From positions 282,840 through 346,839 of the forward strand of contig QPGO01000016.1 in the NCBI GenBank assembly GCA_008632985.1: a stretch of 64,000 bases of DNA, given 5' to 3'. A program made the translations under genes and the position numbers. Each line of letters begins with the position of its first letter. Position 1 is the stretch's first letter. Source of the stretch: Psammoneis japonica (lineage: Eukaryota). A model generated the notes under the pieces. It saw only the letters and a list, made by a program, of their open reading frames with translations, did not search any database and was not told the origin of the DNA. Below, one piece after another: positions 1 through 10,692 of this stretch.

Positions 1-2123
1 GAAAAATGTTTGAGTTGAAGTCGAAGATTCTCGGTATCTTTGCATCATATGATATAGCCCCAAACACGAATATTTTAATATTTTCAGGTGGAGGGAAAAT
101 TTTGCCCAAACGAGAAAACAAAGGATCATGAATCATGAACAAAAAATATCTAGGGCCCTATTATAGAGAGAGTGAAGTCATGACGCTTCCACCGTCAAGC
201 CGTGAGAGGAATCCCAGTGGGTGGACGAAAGGAGTGTTCTCTCGATAAGATATTCACACGGTACATCAAACTTGTACATTTTTGATTTTGATCGAGTTGC
301 AAATATTTTGTACAAGTACATACCGGTACAGAGCATGGAACCAGTCAAGCACCTTGGTTGTGCTCGCCGCTCCTCTTCAATAGGCAGTGGAATATGGTAT
401 GAGAATAAATGTAGAGCCGTCACAGCGATGAATCCTCGTGTAACTATAGAGCGGCTTGTCAAGCTTGAAAGCCTACTACCGGTACGACAGGCGGCGCCGT
501 CCTACCGGTATCAGCCCCGATCCTTCACCGGGCTATTCGGTCAGTATACATGCTTGAGTAGTGCAGAGGGCATTTAGATTGGTCCCTCTCTCATCTGGAC
601 AAAGCATCTGGCACATAGGAGACAACTCGCGAATCCGTACAGTAGATAGCTGGCGCGACATTATTTCCTCTCGAGTCTTTCTACCTGGGACAATGCAGCT
701 GCGAGAGGCAGTACCGGTAGTACAAACGAGGACTCCAATTTTACCACGTATACCCATTGCACACGAGGGCCCAAAAACAACAAGAAAGCGTTGAATCGTT
801 CCGACCTTGTCGGCATACATGGCATGCACAGAAGAAATGCACTCCCGAACAATGTCCGTTGAAAGATGAACTGCCGGTCGCATCCCGAGCCATCATCAGC
901 AATAGCCCCACCGTGACCCCAAAGTCGTGCAACGATACCTGATCACCACTCGAAAACTGCGACAGGAGTACGTCACTCATGGTTGGAGGGATGTAGTTCT
1001 TGCCAGATCGACCAAAGATATAGCGATTAATCTCTTTTGGAAACTCAAAGGCACTATCTTTAGACTCGACTCGGCCAGTTCCAATCTCCAAATCATGGTT
1101 GAGTCACGCAGAACAATAAGAGTTTCGTGCATTTTAACTCCATCGACCTTCAAAGAGACGGGTCTCACAGCAACATTTCCGATATCTTCGTAGGAAAAGG
1201 TTTTCTGGCGAGAGCAAGGATATGCCCCTCTCCTGCTTGGACTGCTTGAACATGCAGCATCCCATACAAAAGAATCGGAAGGGAAGCATGAACAGATATG
1301 CGAGACATGGTGGCGGTGTCTCAACTCTCAACGACAGCAATCCCATTCGTGTCCGGGACAAGCTTTGGAGAACCCGATGCAGAATTCGGGACAAGGTCCG
1401 ATGATGGAATCGGCTGGTTCTGAGTTGGGATGTTGGAAGCGGTGTCGGGGATACTTTTCGTCAATGAATTCAGTTGGCGCAGGTAGAAACGAGAGTCCGA
1501 GAAAGAAAATTACGCACTGTGAGCTCTTTTTGTTTCTGTACGTTTCAACAACACGGTTTTTGGTTCCACGACTGCGTGACGCTATTACTGCACATCTCGA
1601 TTGCAGAATTTCTGTTGCCATTCTTACCCGGACTTGGAGTTGCTTTCCATTCCTGAGTCTCGCTCCCCAGCAGGAGTTTGATTCGTTGAAGTTACCGTCA
1701 TGATGCTCTTCAAAAAGATATAGGCTGATGTTTAACAGCACTATATGGGCAGAATTACGCTTGATTAGATGCAGAATAATCCGCGTCACCTCAGCGCTCT
1801 CAAGCTCATGCCTCTATCATCGGATGGCGTTGCTTCAAAAAACAGCTTTTGAAAAATTTGCCACCCTTTCGCAATTTTTAAAATTTTTGCCCCGCTATGT
1901 ACATTCAATCATATTTAAAACTATTCATACACTACATTATTGTAATGATTCAGAGGGGGGCTCACTCACCCCCCTTCTCCTGCTATTCTCACGTGAAAAA
2001 AGCCTTAAGCACATTCAACATTCTCAGCACTTCGCACTTCATAATCTGCTGCGACAGCTGACAGCAAGAAACAATACAGCAATACAACCGTGCATTCTTC
2101 AAACGTGCCTTCTGAAGTGCACC

Positions 2124-3981
2124 ATGCAACAAGCTTCCTCTTTACATCCCACTGAAAATGACGTATTATTAGGACGAGGAAGGGGCCCACGTGAGCATAT
2201 CGGCAATCGTCAATTTGCACAGCTTGTACGAAAATACAAGAGCACATACCAGTCGCTACAGAGACGAGTTGACAAGAGCGCCTTGGCACAGCAGATACTG
2301 AATGACGTCCATGCAGGACGGGGGCGCTTTATGGAATTCACTGATGTATGCCAATGGAGGGAAATAGCGACAGAGCGTGCCCTCGCCAAGATCAAGCACG
2401 CTTTGCGACAAAGACTGGAGTGTGAGATTGGTGAGAACGAGCGCAGCTGGTCAGGCAGCAATGTTTCGCCAATGCATACAGCCCATGACAGCCAAAATAT
2501 GCTCCGTCAACTCGGATTCTTGGCTCGCAATCCTTTTCTTCCGCCTCCTGCAGTTCCGATGTCACCTCAAGCAATACCCGCGATACAAAGTCAGATGACT
2601 TGGTCCCAATGCGCCGCTGAACAAAGACATGACATTGACCATCTCGTAGAGAATCAGAAGCCGCCGCTACCTCGGGTTGCTCAACATGTCGCACCACCTA
2701 AAGGCACAAATTTTTTGACTCCAGACAAGAAACAAGAAGAGCGAAATGGTACGCGCAAACAGCACAGAAACGAGACAGCAGTGATGCAGAGATCTCCCCA
2801 TTAACGTCATTGCGAGACCAACTTAATACCCCTAGTCTTCATAGCCGACCGCAGAGCCGGGAAGGCGCTGATCAACCACGCTCCACTTCTCCTGAAGAAT
2901 TTCCAGATACTCAGCACCGGAAAGACACCTACGAGCAGCAAGCCACGTCTCCCGAAAAACCAACAGAATCATTAACGAGTCAAGACATTGCGGCTGCTGA
3001 ATTCTTATTTTCAACCTTGACAGAATCGTCATCAATTCAAAAACTTCCGGAAGACCTTGATCTCACAGAAGATGAGCAGCGGGCTGCAGCGGTGGATCTA
3101 TTTGGAAAGCTGCGAGTATCGACAATGCTACCTACAAAGCGTGTAAAGCGAATCAAGGTTAACCATCACATTCCATCCTTGTTATCGGAAATGAAGCGTC
3201 ACATGGAACTCATCCGGCCACGTGAAAAGCGAGCTTGGTTAGAGTCCAAGCAAAAGGCTCGAGATATTGAGATCAATGACGACCGACTGGAGCTGTTTCT
3301 GAAACGAGTAGACATGGATCCAGAGACGGCGGCACTTCGATATGTTTCATATTGGGAAGAACGACTGCAGTTGTTTGGACGAGACAAATTCTGTTTACCT
3401 CTTACCGTCGATGGAGCTATGCGAGATGCAAAGGCGGCTGTTCGAGTGGGGATCTTTCGACTGCTCCCTTCATTAGACGATTCAGGCCGTCAGATACTTC
3501 ACTGCGTGCCACGACTGAATGATTACAATGGATACGATACTAGGAATTTGATTCAAGTGTATTGGCTTATGCATGAGGTGATGGCCCAACGCCCTAACGC
3601 TGCCGAGGGATTTGTTGTGATTCTCAATGCAAAAGGTGCGTCAGCATGGGATATCGATTTCAAACTTGAACGGAGCGTGGCTCATCTTGAGGCAAATGTG
3701 TTCCCGGTACCTCAACGAGGAGCGCATGTGTTTTGCGTGCCCTTCTTTTTGGCTAAGTTTATACAGCCAATTGCGCTGGCACAACAACCCAAGAATGTTC
3801 GTGCTCGACTCATTATACACGATGTCGGGGAGGAGGCATTGTTGAGGCGCTTTCTAGTTATGGCATTTCGAAAACGGTGATTCCAGTTGAACTGAGAGGT
3901 ACGTGTGAAAACCGACACTCTGAATGGATGGAGAGGCACTAGAGTAGAAGGTTTCGAAAAGAAGGCGCTGCGTATTCCATG
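2124..3981 (+). CDS. DUF6824 + CRAL-TRIO-like protein, probably one gene with two frameshifts (about 2711-2800 and about 3837)
   Basis: ORF 2124-2804 has the DUF6824 motif PTENDVLLGRG..HIGNRQF..KIKHALRQ. ORF 2810-3880 has a CRAL-TRIO-like region (LFLKRVDMDPETAALRYVSYWEERLQLFG..DDSGRQIL). The expected tail LSSYGISKTVIPVELRG lies in another frame after 3837. Confidence 0.7.
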
Positions 3982-4539
3982 ATCCGAACGTATACTCGAG
4001 AGTAATGATTCAGACGACAACGATGCCGGTATAGTTCCGGGAAGTCGTCCACATCACAAAGTGGGCCAATGTTCGCCACTAAACGAAACAGTGCCCTTCG
4101 CAAGATGTCACTACAGCTATTATATGTTGTGAGGAAATGATTGCAAGAGACAGCTCTCAAGTCCGTCACTTAAAACAACATGCGTTGATGCTGGAGCCAC
4201 GGTCATTGATGCGCACGGCTTTCTGTTGTATAAGTTTTGTATGTTACAAGTACACAGGGTGCTGCTCTTGCTTATGGATGGACAAAGTGTGTCCGGGGAT
4301 AGAGTCGCGCTTGGATTGACACCAAAACGCCACCAGAGCAGTGTTTTAGCTCTTTCCGTTTTATCATTTACAACCGTGAAAAGTCGACAGCACAAATGGT
4401 GAAAGACAAGGCGGGAGAAACAAGTAGCTGTGCCTGAAAGTCGAGGTCGCTATAAAGAATAAATTGTTCATAGTCTACTACATTGTCGCCGACTTCAAGT
4501 GTTTCTTCATGTAGTATTTTATCTGGTCTCTCATCATTG

Positions 4540-5460
4540 TCATTTCAGAAGACTTTGTTGGTGACTCGTGAGTAACTGGCAGCTTTGAAGAAAGGGCGGT
4601 GAATTCATTGATTGTTCTCCTACACTCAGAGCCTCCACGGATGACGATTCCCCCGATATGGATTCATCCTCAATCGTCAAAGTACCGGTAGAAAATTGTT
4701 TAAGCGCGCTTCTTATACGCATGGCTACAACAAAGCTGTCTGCTTCCTGATTTGTGTATTTGTGGTTGGTGTCCCGTGCGAAATGACAGCCGAGTCGGTG
4801 GATATGGCTCCGTTGTGATTGAATCAACTTTTTCGGTGTGACATTGTCTCTTGTCGGTGATGAATAAGTCATTTCCTTCGGGGGTACTGAAATGGTGCAC
4901 AAACGACTGTTAGCAAAGTTCTCACCACCGTACAGGCTCCTTGAATTAGACTACATCTCGTTTGTTTGGAATGGGTATGCACGTAGCTTGGGATACCCCC
5001 GCGGAAAAATGCCATTTCCTTCGTCTACGCAGTCAATATTTTGACTTGCAAAATATATTGGAATCAAATCTCGGAGCATGCAGGATGTGGACGCCGCATT
5101 TCATACAGAACGAATGAGCTGCAACGCGACCGAACCTTGATGGCTTGCGGATAACAACCCATTTATGTACATGTGGGAGCATTCGGCACCCTTTTTGTGA
5201 ATCGAAAGCTTGATGCCTCTACTCGTGCTCTTGGATACCTTATCTTTCCTGGGAGGCATCAATAATTGCTTTCAAGCATCGATGACCGAGAGAAACTGAG
5301 AGCGATATATGCAGCGACGGTCAGTACAGTAGCACAAAATGATAGTTCGTTTCTTTTTTGTATGTTGCTCATGACTCTCTTTTCTCGATGCGCAACACTC
5401 ACCTCAAAAACTCGATTGATCGACAATGACATGCGCGCCTCTATGTGTTCGACTAATTCG
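4540..5460 (-). pseudogene. GFA/CENP-V-like gene, interrupted (intron plus frameshifts)
   Basis: Manual minus-strand translation gives ACHCRSIEF (about 5430-5405) followed by a GTGAGT donor, then RVEASSFRF, AAHSFCMKCGVHILHAP and NIDCVD, in different frames. Boundaries are approximate. Confidence 0.45.
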
Positions 5461-5640
5461 TTACCATTTCTTTTCCAGTTGATCCTTTAAAGTGGCCAGG
5501 CTGCGCAAGATGTCTCGAACCATAACGAAACAGCGTTGAAAATCGTTCCGAGCACGCAACTGCCTGTTGAAACGATTCGTATTATTGCGCAGGAGCCGCT
5601 CTGTTTGTTTTCAGGATTGTCATTTTTTAAAAATAATCTA

Positions 5641-6018
5641 TCACTTTCCACTGCTTTCGCCATCCTTGTCATCGTTTTCTTCTTTTGCTACTGGAGGAAG
5701 CAACGGATCGACAGCCCACGTGGGCATGGCGAGCTCTTTTGGTTTCCATGACGCAGCAGCAGTCTCTTGTTGTTGTATTGGTGCATTCCATTGTACCATG
5801 TCGTTGGAATCATGTGAATTGACAGACACCTGAAAGCAATCTAGTATTGCCCGATCGTTGTAGGAAAAGTTTGGATTGGGTGCGGGTTGTGTCGATCGTG
5901 CTTTTCGTTGTGGCTTGTTGTTTAGCAAATCGTTCAAATCATCATCATCGTCGTCGCTGCTGCTGTCGTTCATGTCCATGTCCTCCTGATCCTCCATAGC
6001 AATATCATTCTCTTTCAT
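5641..6018 (-). CDS. Small acidic hypothetical protein (125 aa); weak resemblance to the SMN N-terminal helix
   Basis: ATG at 6018, acidic tract, normal TpA content; YNDRAILDCFQVSV is loosely like SMN WDDTALIKAYDKAV. Confidence 0.55.
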   Translation of the reverse strand: MKENDIAMEDQEDMDMNDSSSDDDDDDLNDLLNNKPQRKARSTQPAPNPNFSYNDRAILDCFQVSVNSHDSNDMVQWNAPIQQQETAAASWKPKELAMPTWAVDPLLPPVAKEENDDKDGESSGK

Positions 6019-6337
6019 CGTCGACTTTCTTATGGATAGATGGATATCTTGAAAATGTGCGGAGAGAGGAGAGGCCTTTCCAACTTGCGTTTGTTGTTTT
6101 GCTTTATTAGTTTTGCTGTCGTTGTGTTTCGTTTGTCGTGTGTCGTTGCGCTGTTGGAATCCATAGCGCACAGAGGGACGGACAGTGAAATTTTATTAGA
6201 CCTGCTCTATCTACCGTACTGTAGAGAGTGCCAATGGCGTGGGAGCATCTCTACAGTGGAGTTAATGTTGATTTCATTGTTCGATCTCGTTCCTGTTGAA
6301 GACGAAGTTTTGGTGTTGATGAGTTGCTCAAGGAAGT

Positions 6338-7600
6338 TCATGGCGACATGATGAAATCAAGTGCCGCAGGAAAATGACATGTTCTGGCATCACACACCAT
6401 GATGGGATTTGAGATTGGTCTTTTGTTTGCAGAGATGCGGAGTTTCACGACGACTCCAAAACACGGGCCACACACACAGCAGGAAGGACCATGCTTGTGG
6501 AGGCAAGCAACACGAGGAAAGAGACCTGTCTTGAATCTGTGCATGTCCAATTTTAGTGCAGACTCATTTTTCACTGAGTTCCCCAAACCTTTTTGTTGAA
6601 CTGCCTGTTCTGTCCCCAGTGCTTGCAGCAATTTTGCCATCCCCAGCAACCCCCCTGCAGCAAGTTTGCCATCCCCAGTGACCCTCTGCAGCCACACCCA
6701 GTGAAAAAGAGCTGGCATGACGTGGAGCCAAACAACCCCAAGCATCCTTCTTGTGCTTGATGACAACTTCGTCAAAGGAACTCTCTCGTTCGTCCAGGAG
6801 TTTCTCAGCCTCATCCAGCATCAGTCCTTCAGCCATGCGAACCAAGCATTCAGCATCGTTGCATTCTCCCGGAGGAAAAAAGCATCCCATGCCACAGTGT
6901 TGACATCCTCGGAGACCACTGGGCTGAAAGTAGAAACACCAAATTGACGGGACGGTTCAACAAGCAAAAAGAAAAGAACTGTGATCCGTCCGACCCACAT
7001 CCGCTGCAGATTTTTGTCTTCAGAGCCCAACAAATCCTCCAGAGGCACTCCCAGGGCCTCATTGTCTTCATCATGCTTGTTGCAATGAGCATGGGGATGT
7101 TGTTCTGGAGGTCCACCCCAGCGCTCGGCACATGCCATGGGATGCCGTTGAGCCAGTTGCTCTTCCGCAAGATGCTTTGCGACAGCACGACAATGATCTC
7201 GTGCGCATTCACTGAGTCCAGAAGGAATTGTTTCAGGATCGTCATCATCTGTCTTGGGAGGCTGAGCAACAGGAATGTCTTGTCCGTTTTCAATCGTGGT
7301 GCCTCCGACACCACGGATGATGCACACTTGACATGGCAGCATGTTGGGTTGATTCCAAGCTGCCAAATCAAGACAGACAGACTTGTTGTGAAGGACTGCA
7401 CTCTTGTCCTTGCTGTTCTTTTTAAAACAAGCTCGCTGGCAGTCCACAGAGCAAAAGTGCGCAACTTTGCAATGGGAACAGCAGCACTTCAGGCTTGTCA
7501 TTTCTTGTTCTTGTTTGCCGCAGCCAAGACAGGCATGGCGAGGTGGAATCGGAGGGTCCAATGTGGGAACATGACGAGCAAAGGGGTTGTTCACAAACAT
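6338..7600 (-). pseudogene. MYND zinc-finger gene, TpA-hypermutated
   Basis: CLGCGK..CSHCKVAHFCSVDCQR..H..VC MYND pattern; no Tyr in the 259-aa ORF 6821-7600; TGA at 6821-6823 with a further in-frame ORF (6338-6814) downstream. Confidence 0.65.
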
Positions 7601-7637
7601 GGTTGTGTTTTGAAATAAAGAGTGAAAACAGAAAAGC

Positions 7638-8836
7638 TGACAGGATTTGAGCAGGATTTAGGTGCGCGCGAAATGTCGCGCGCTGTTTAGTTTGCTGTGC
7701 ACAGTTTTGTGTGCTTTAGTTCCGCGCGTTCGCGCGCGATGTAGTTTGCTTTCGAGCCACAAGGCTCACAAGAATGAGGCTCGGTCTGCAGGTGAACCAT
7801 GCCGGATCGGATTGCCAGATCGGATTGCGTCAGAATTCCGTCAGTTGACAGGTGGAACCGGGTCGGATCACAGATCGGATTCGACATTTTGATGAGTCGC
7901 AAAACGATGTAAGTTTCAAGATTCCAAATTCTCAAGAACAACAAAGCTGAAATGGCGAACAACAGAGAGAGTGTGGCCATGATGCTTCACATCTTGTCAT
8001 GATGAGACGATGTGACAACAGAACTGTGCTGTTGTTGCTGCTTTACATGCTCACTTGACCGCATCATTGAGCATCATTGTCACTCAGTGTTTGCAGCACG
8101 CTGAGGAAGAAAAAGCCATCACTTTTGCAACTCAGAAACTGACGCTGTGTTTTCGCATTGAAATTTAGAATTGCATGACAAACACTTGTTGTTTTGCTCA
8201 TTCAATGTTTCTCCAACAAATCTTTACGGCATCATCGGTTTGACAAGCTGTTCTGTTGCCACACGACCTTTTTCATCTCCATTTCAAGCATGGGAAGAGC
8301 AAGGCTGCAATGCTGAGGAAGTTCTGTGCCCTCATGGCTGAATGTTGTGCCGCCCTGTGTCACAATCGTGTGATGTTGCGCCATTGTCGTGATGACGGCA
8401 TGGAATCTTCCAAATTCGATCCGACATCTGATCCGGATTTTCGGATCGGACGGTCTTCGGAGCAAAATGTTTTGCTCCGAAGACCGTCTGATCTGAGATG
8501 GCAGATCAGTCCCACGAAGGCCACGGATCAACTTTTTGACTTGATGGACTGACATTTTAATGGGTCATGAAGGAGTCAATCCGGCGATCCGATCCGGCTC
8601 GGTTCACCTGTAGACCGAGCCTTTTTGACTCGATGGACTGACATTTTAATGGGTCACGAAGGAGTCGATCCGGCTCGGTTCACCTGTGGACCGAGCCTGA
8701 CAACAGCAGCCCGATCATGCAGACTCACACGTCTTTCGGCTCCTGCGACGGTCTCTGAGCGGAGACTCATCTGCCATTTGGACAGCAGCAAGGAGTCATT
8801 GTTTGAATTCTTGCCATTTGCCTTCAATTTCTGTCA
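7638..8836 (+). repeat. 5' LTR (7638-7777 plus 8701-8836), split by a TIR element
   Basis: The two halves align end to end with the 276-bp 3' LTR. Confidence 0.95.
7778..8697. mobile_element. Non-autonomous TIR element, PIF/Harbinger-like, inside the 5' LTR
   Basis: 21-bp TIRs GGCTCGGTCTGCAGGTGAACC / GGTTCACCTGTGGACCGAGCC; 3-bp TSD TGA (7775-7777, 8698-8700); empty site present in the 3' LTR; many subterminal GATCGGAT/ATCCGATC motifs. Superfamily call is inference. Confidence 0.9.
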
Positions 8837-9384
8837 GATCAACAGTCTTGCTCATTGTCAACCCATTGAGCAACCGCCATCGTCGTCGTTGATTTGCCGA
8901 CGACGCCATTTCAATTCTGCATGGACCTCCGCATGCATTCTACATACATCGGCAAGTCTGCGCGCATTCAACACCAGGCATCGGCAGGAATTTAACGTCA
9001 CCGTCAAGTCTCCTTGCCGCTGGACATCTGGATTGATTGTGCTGCCTTTTGTCGCTGAAGACATAAATTCAACGGTCATGTCCAAGTCTGTCCTTGATCC
9101 TCATCCCTTCACACACCCACTCAACGGTTGACGGTCAAGAACCCTGCACATTCAAGGATCTTCGTTGCTAAAGACACACTTGTGTGTGCATGTCTTCATG
9201 GCCAAGAACTTGCACCCACTCTTTGGACTGCGGCTTTGCTGCCACTCTACAAGCACACCGAGTCTGTTGCACCTGATCCACCCCGGACCACTGGTGCTCT
9301 GCAGTTCTGCTGGGTCCACGAGGACGACTGTGAGAGCAAGTGGCCGTGATTGCAGCCTGCGTTGGGGCGAGGGTGTTTTCCCAC

Positions 9385-10298
9385 GACTTGTTCCAGACTT
9401 AGGTGGCGCGCACATGCCCCTTTTCGCAGAAAAAATAATTTTTTAATGCTTTATTCAACACCTAACATATTTAATAAAATTGAATATATTAATGGCTTCT
9501 AAGTAAAATAAACAGAATAAACTCGAACAAACAAACAGCCAAACCGGCCATGGCTTTCAGTGACCATGACGGCCCACTTTTTTCAGCCTTATGGAAAATT
9601 GAATGTCATGACCAGGATCTCCGTATTTGATATAGTCTGTGTCATCAACAACAATAGTGAAAATGCTTGTTGAAGGCTGCAGCGCGGCACAATAATGCTA
9701 AATCTGTCAGCAACAACAATTGAGCCTCTATTCACTCACAATTTGCCTCTAAGGACCATTTCTTTTCTATTACCATGTATATTTCCTCAATATATTCGAC
9801 TGATTCAAGTGTATCAATCGTTTATGCCTTCTAAACCGTGAAAAATGGTCCGAAGTCGACGCCATTGCGTGGGCTGAGCTACACTTCTTCTCACGTCGTC
9901 CTAAACTTATTAATCAACGGATGCTTTATTAGATCCGTTGAGTGTAACTCGTATTCGCGTATATAAACAAAATATTAATTATGCTATGTTAAAGACTTAA
10001 TTTATATATATTAATAATATTTTATATGTTTCTTCTTACATTTAGGCATATATAAATCGCTCATCGGAAAATTCGAGCTCTCAACTTACGGTACAATTTA
10101 GCGACTAATGACTGAGTCCATCAACAGTTTCGAATACATGGGTACACGCACAAGACAATTCTGTATGTACCCATAAAAACACATTTGTAAATTGTTATGT
10201 TTTTACTATCGAAAATGGTGCCGCAAGTGTGGACCGCGCGTTTCATGCAAAAAGGGTCATTTTTTCGCGCGTGAGTGCACCCAAGTCTGGAACAAGTC
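9385..10298. mobile_element. Non-autonomous TIR element with 4-bp TSD
   Basis: 21-bp TIR GACTTGTTCCAGACTT(A/G)GGTG; TSD CCAC (9381-9384, 10299-10302); AT-rich non-coding interior. Confidence 0.88.
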
Positions 10299-10692
10299 CC
10301 ACGTTTGTTCGTTCGTCCACAGCGCCCAACGCCTGCGTCAGCTGGCCAGCCTGATCGGGAAATCCAACCGATGTAAAATGAGAACGGTTCGGGGGTCTTG
10401 TCCACCTCCAGTCAGCTTGCCTGCAGGGGTTTGCAACCCGCTGCTCCACTCGCAAGCAACCCAAAGCGCCACTGGCTGCGGGTTCGGATGTGCCAGCACA
10501 ACTCTACGGACCGGACAGGAAGTTCAGCACTTGACAACGAACGGGATGACACAGCCCAGCGACTTCTGATTTTAAGATGGTTCAAGATTTCAAGTCAAGT
10601 CTGTTTCAAGTCAAGTCTGTTCTCACCCAAGTTTCAAGTCTGCCTTCGCATCCCAACCAGAATCGCTTGTTCTGACACCGCTTTTGTCTGCC

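Noticed and set aside
1..1727. Short ORFs at the window start
   Set aside because: No recognisable motif or consistent frame; left unannotated.
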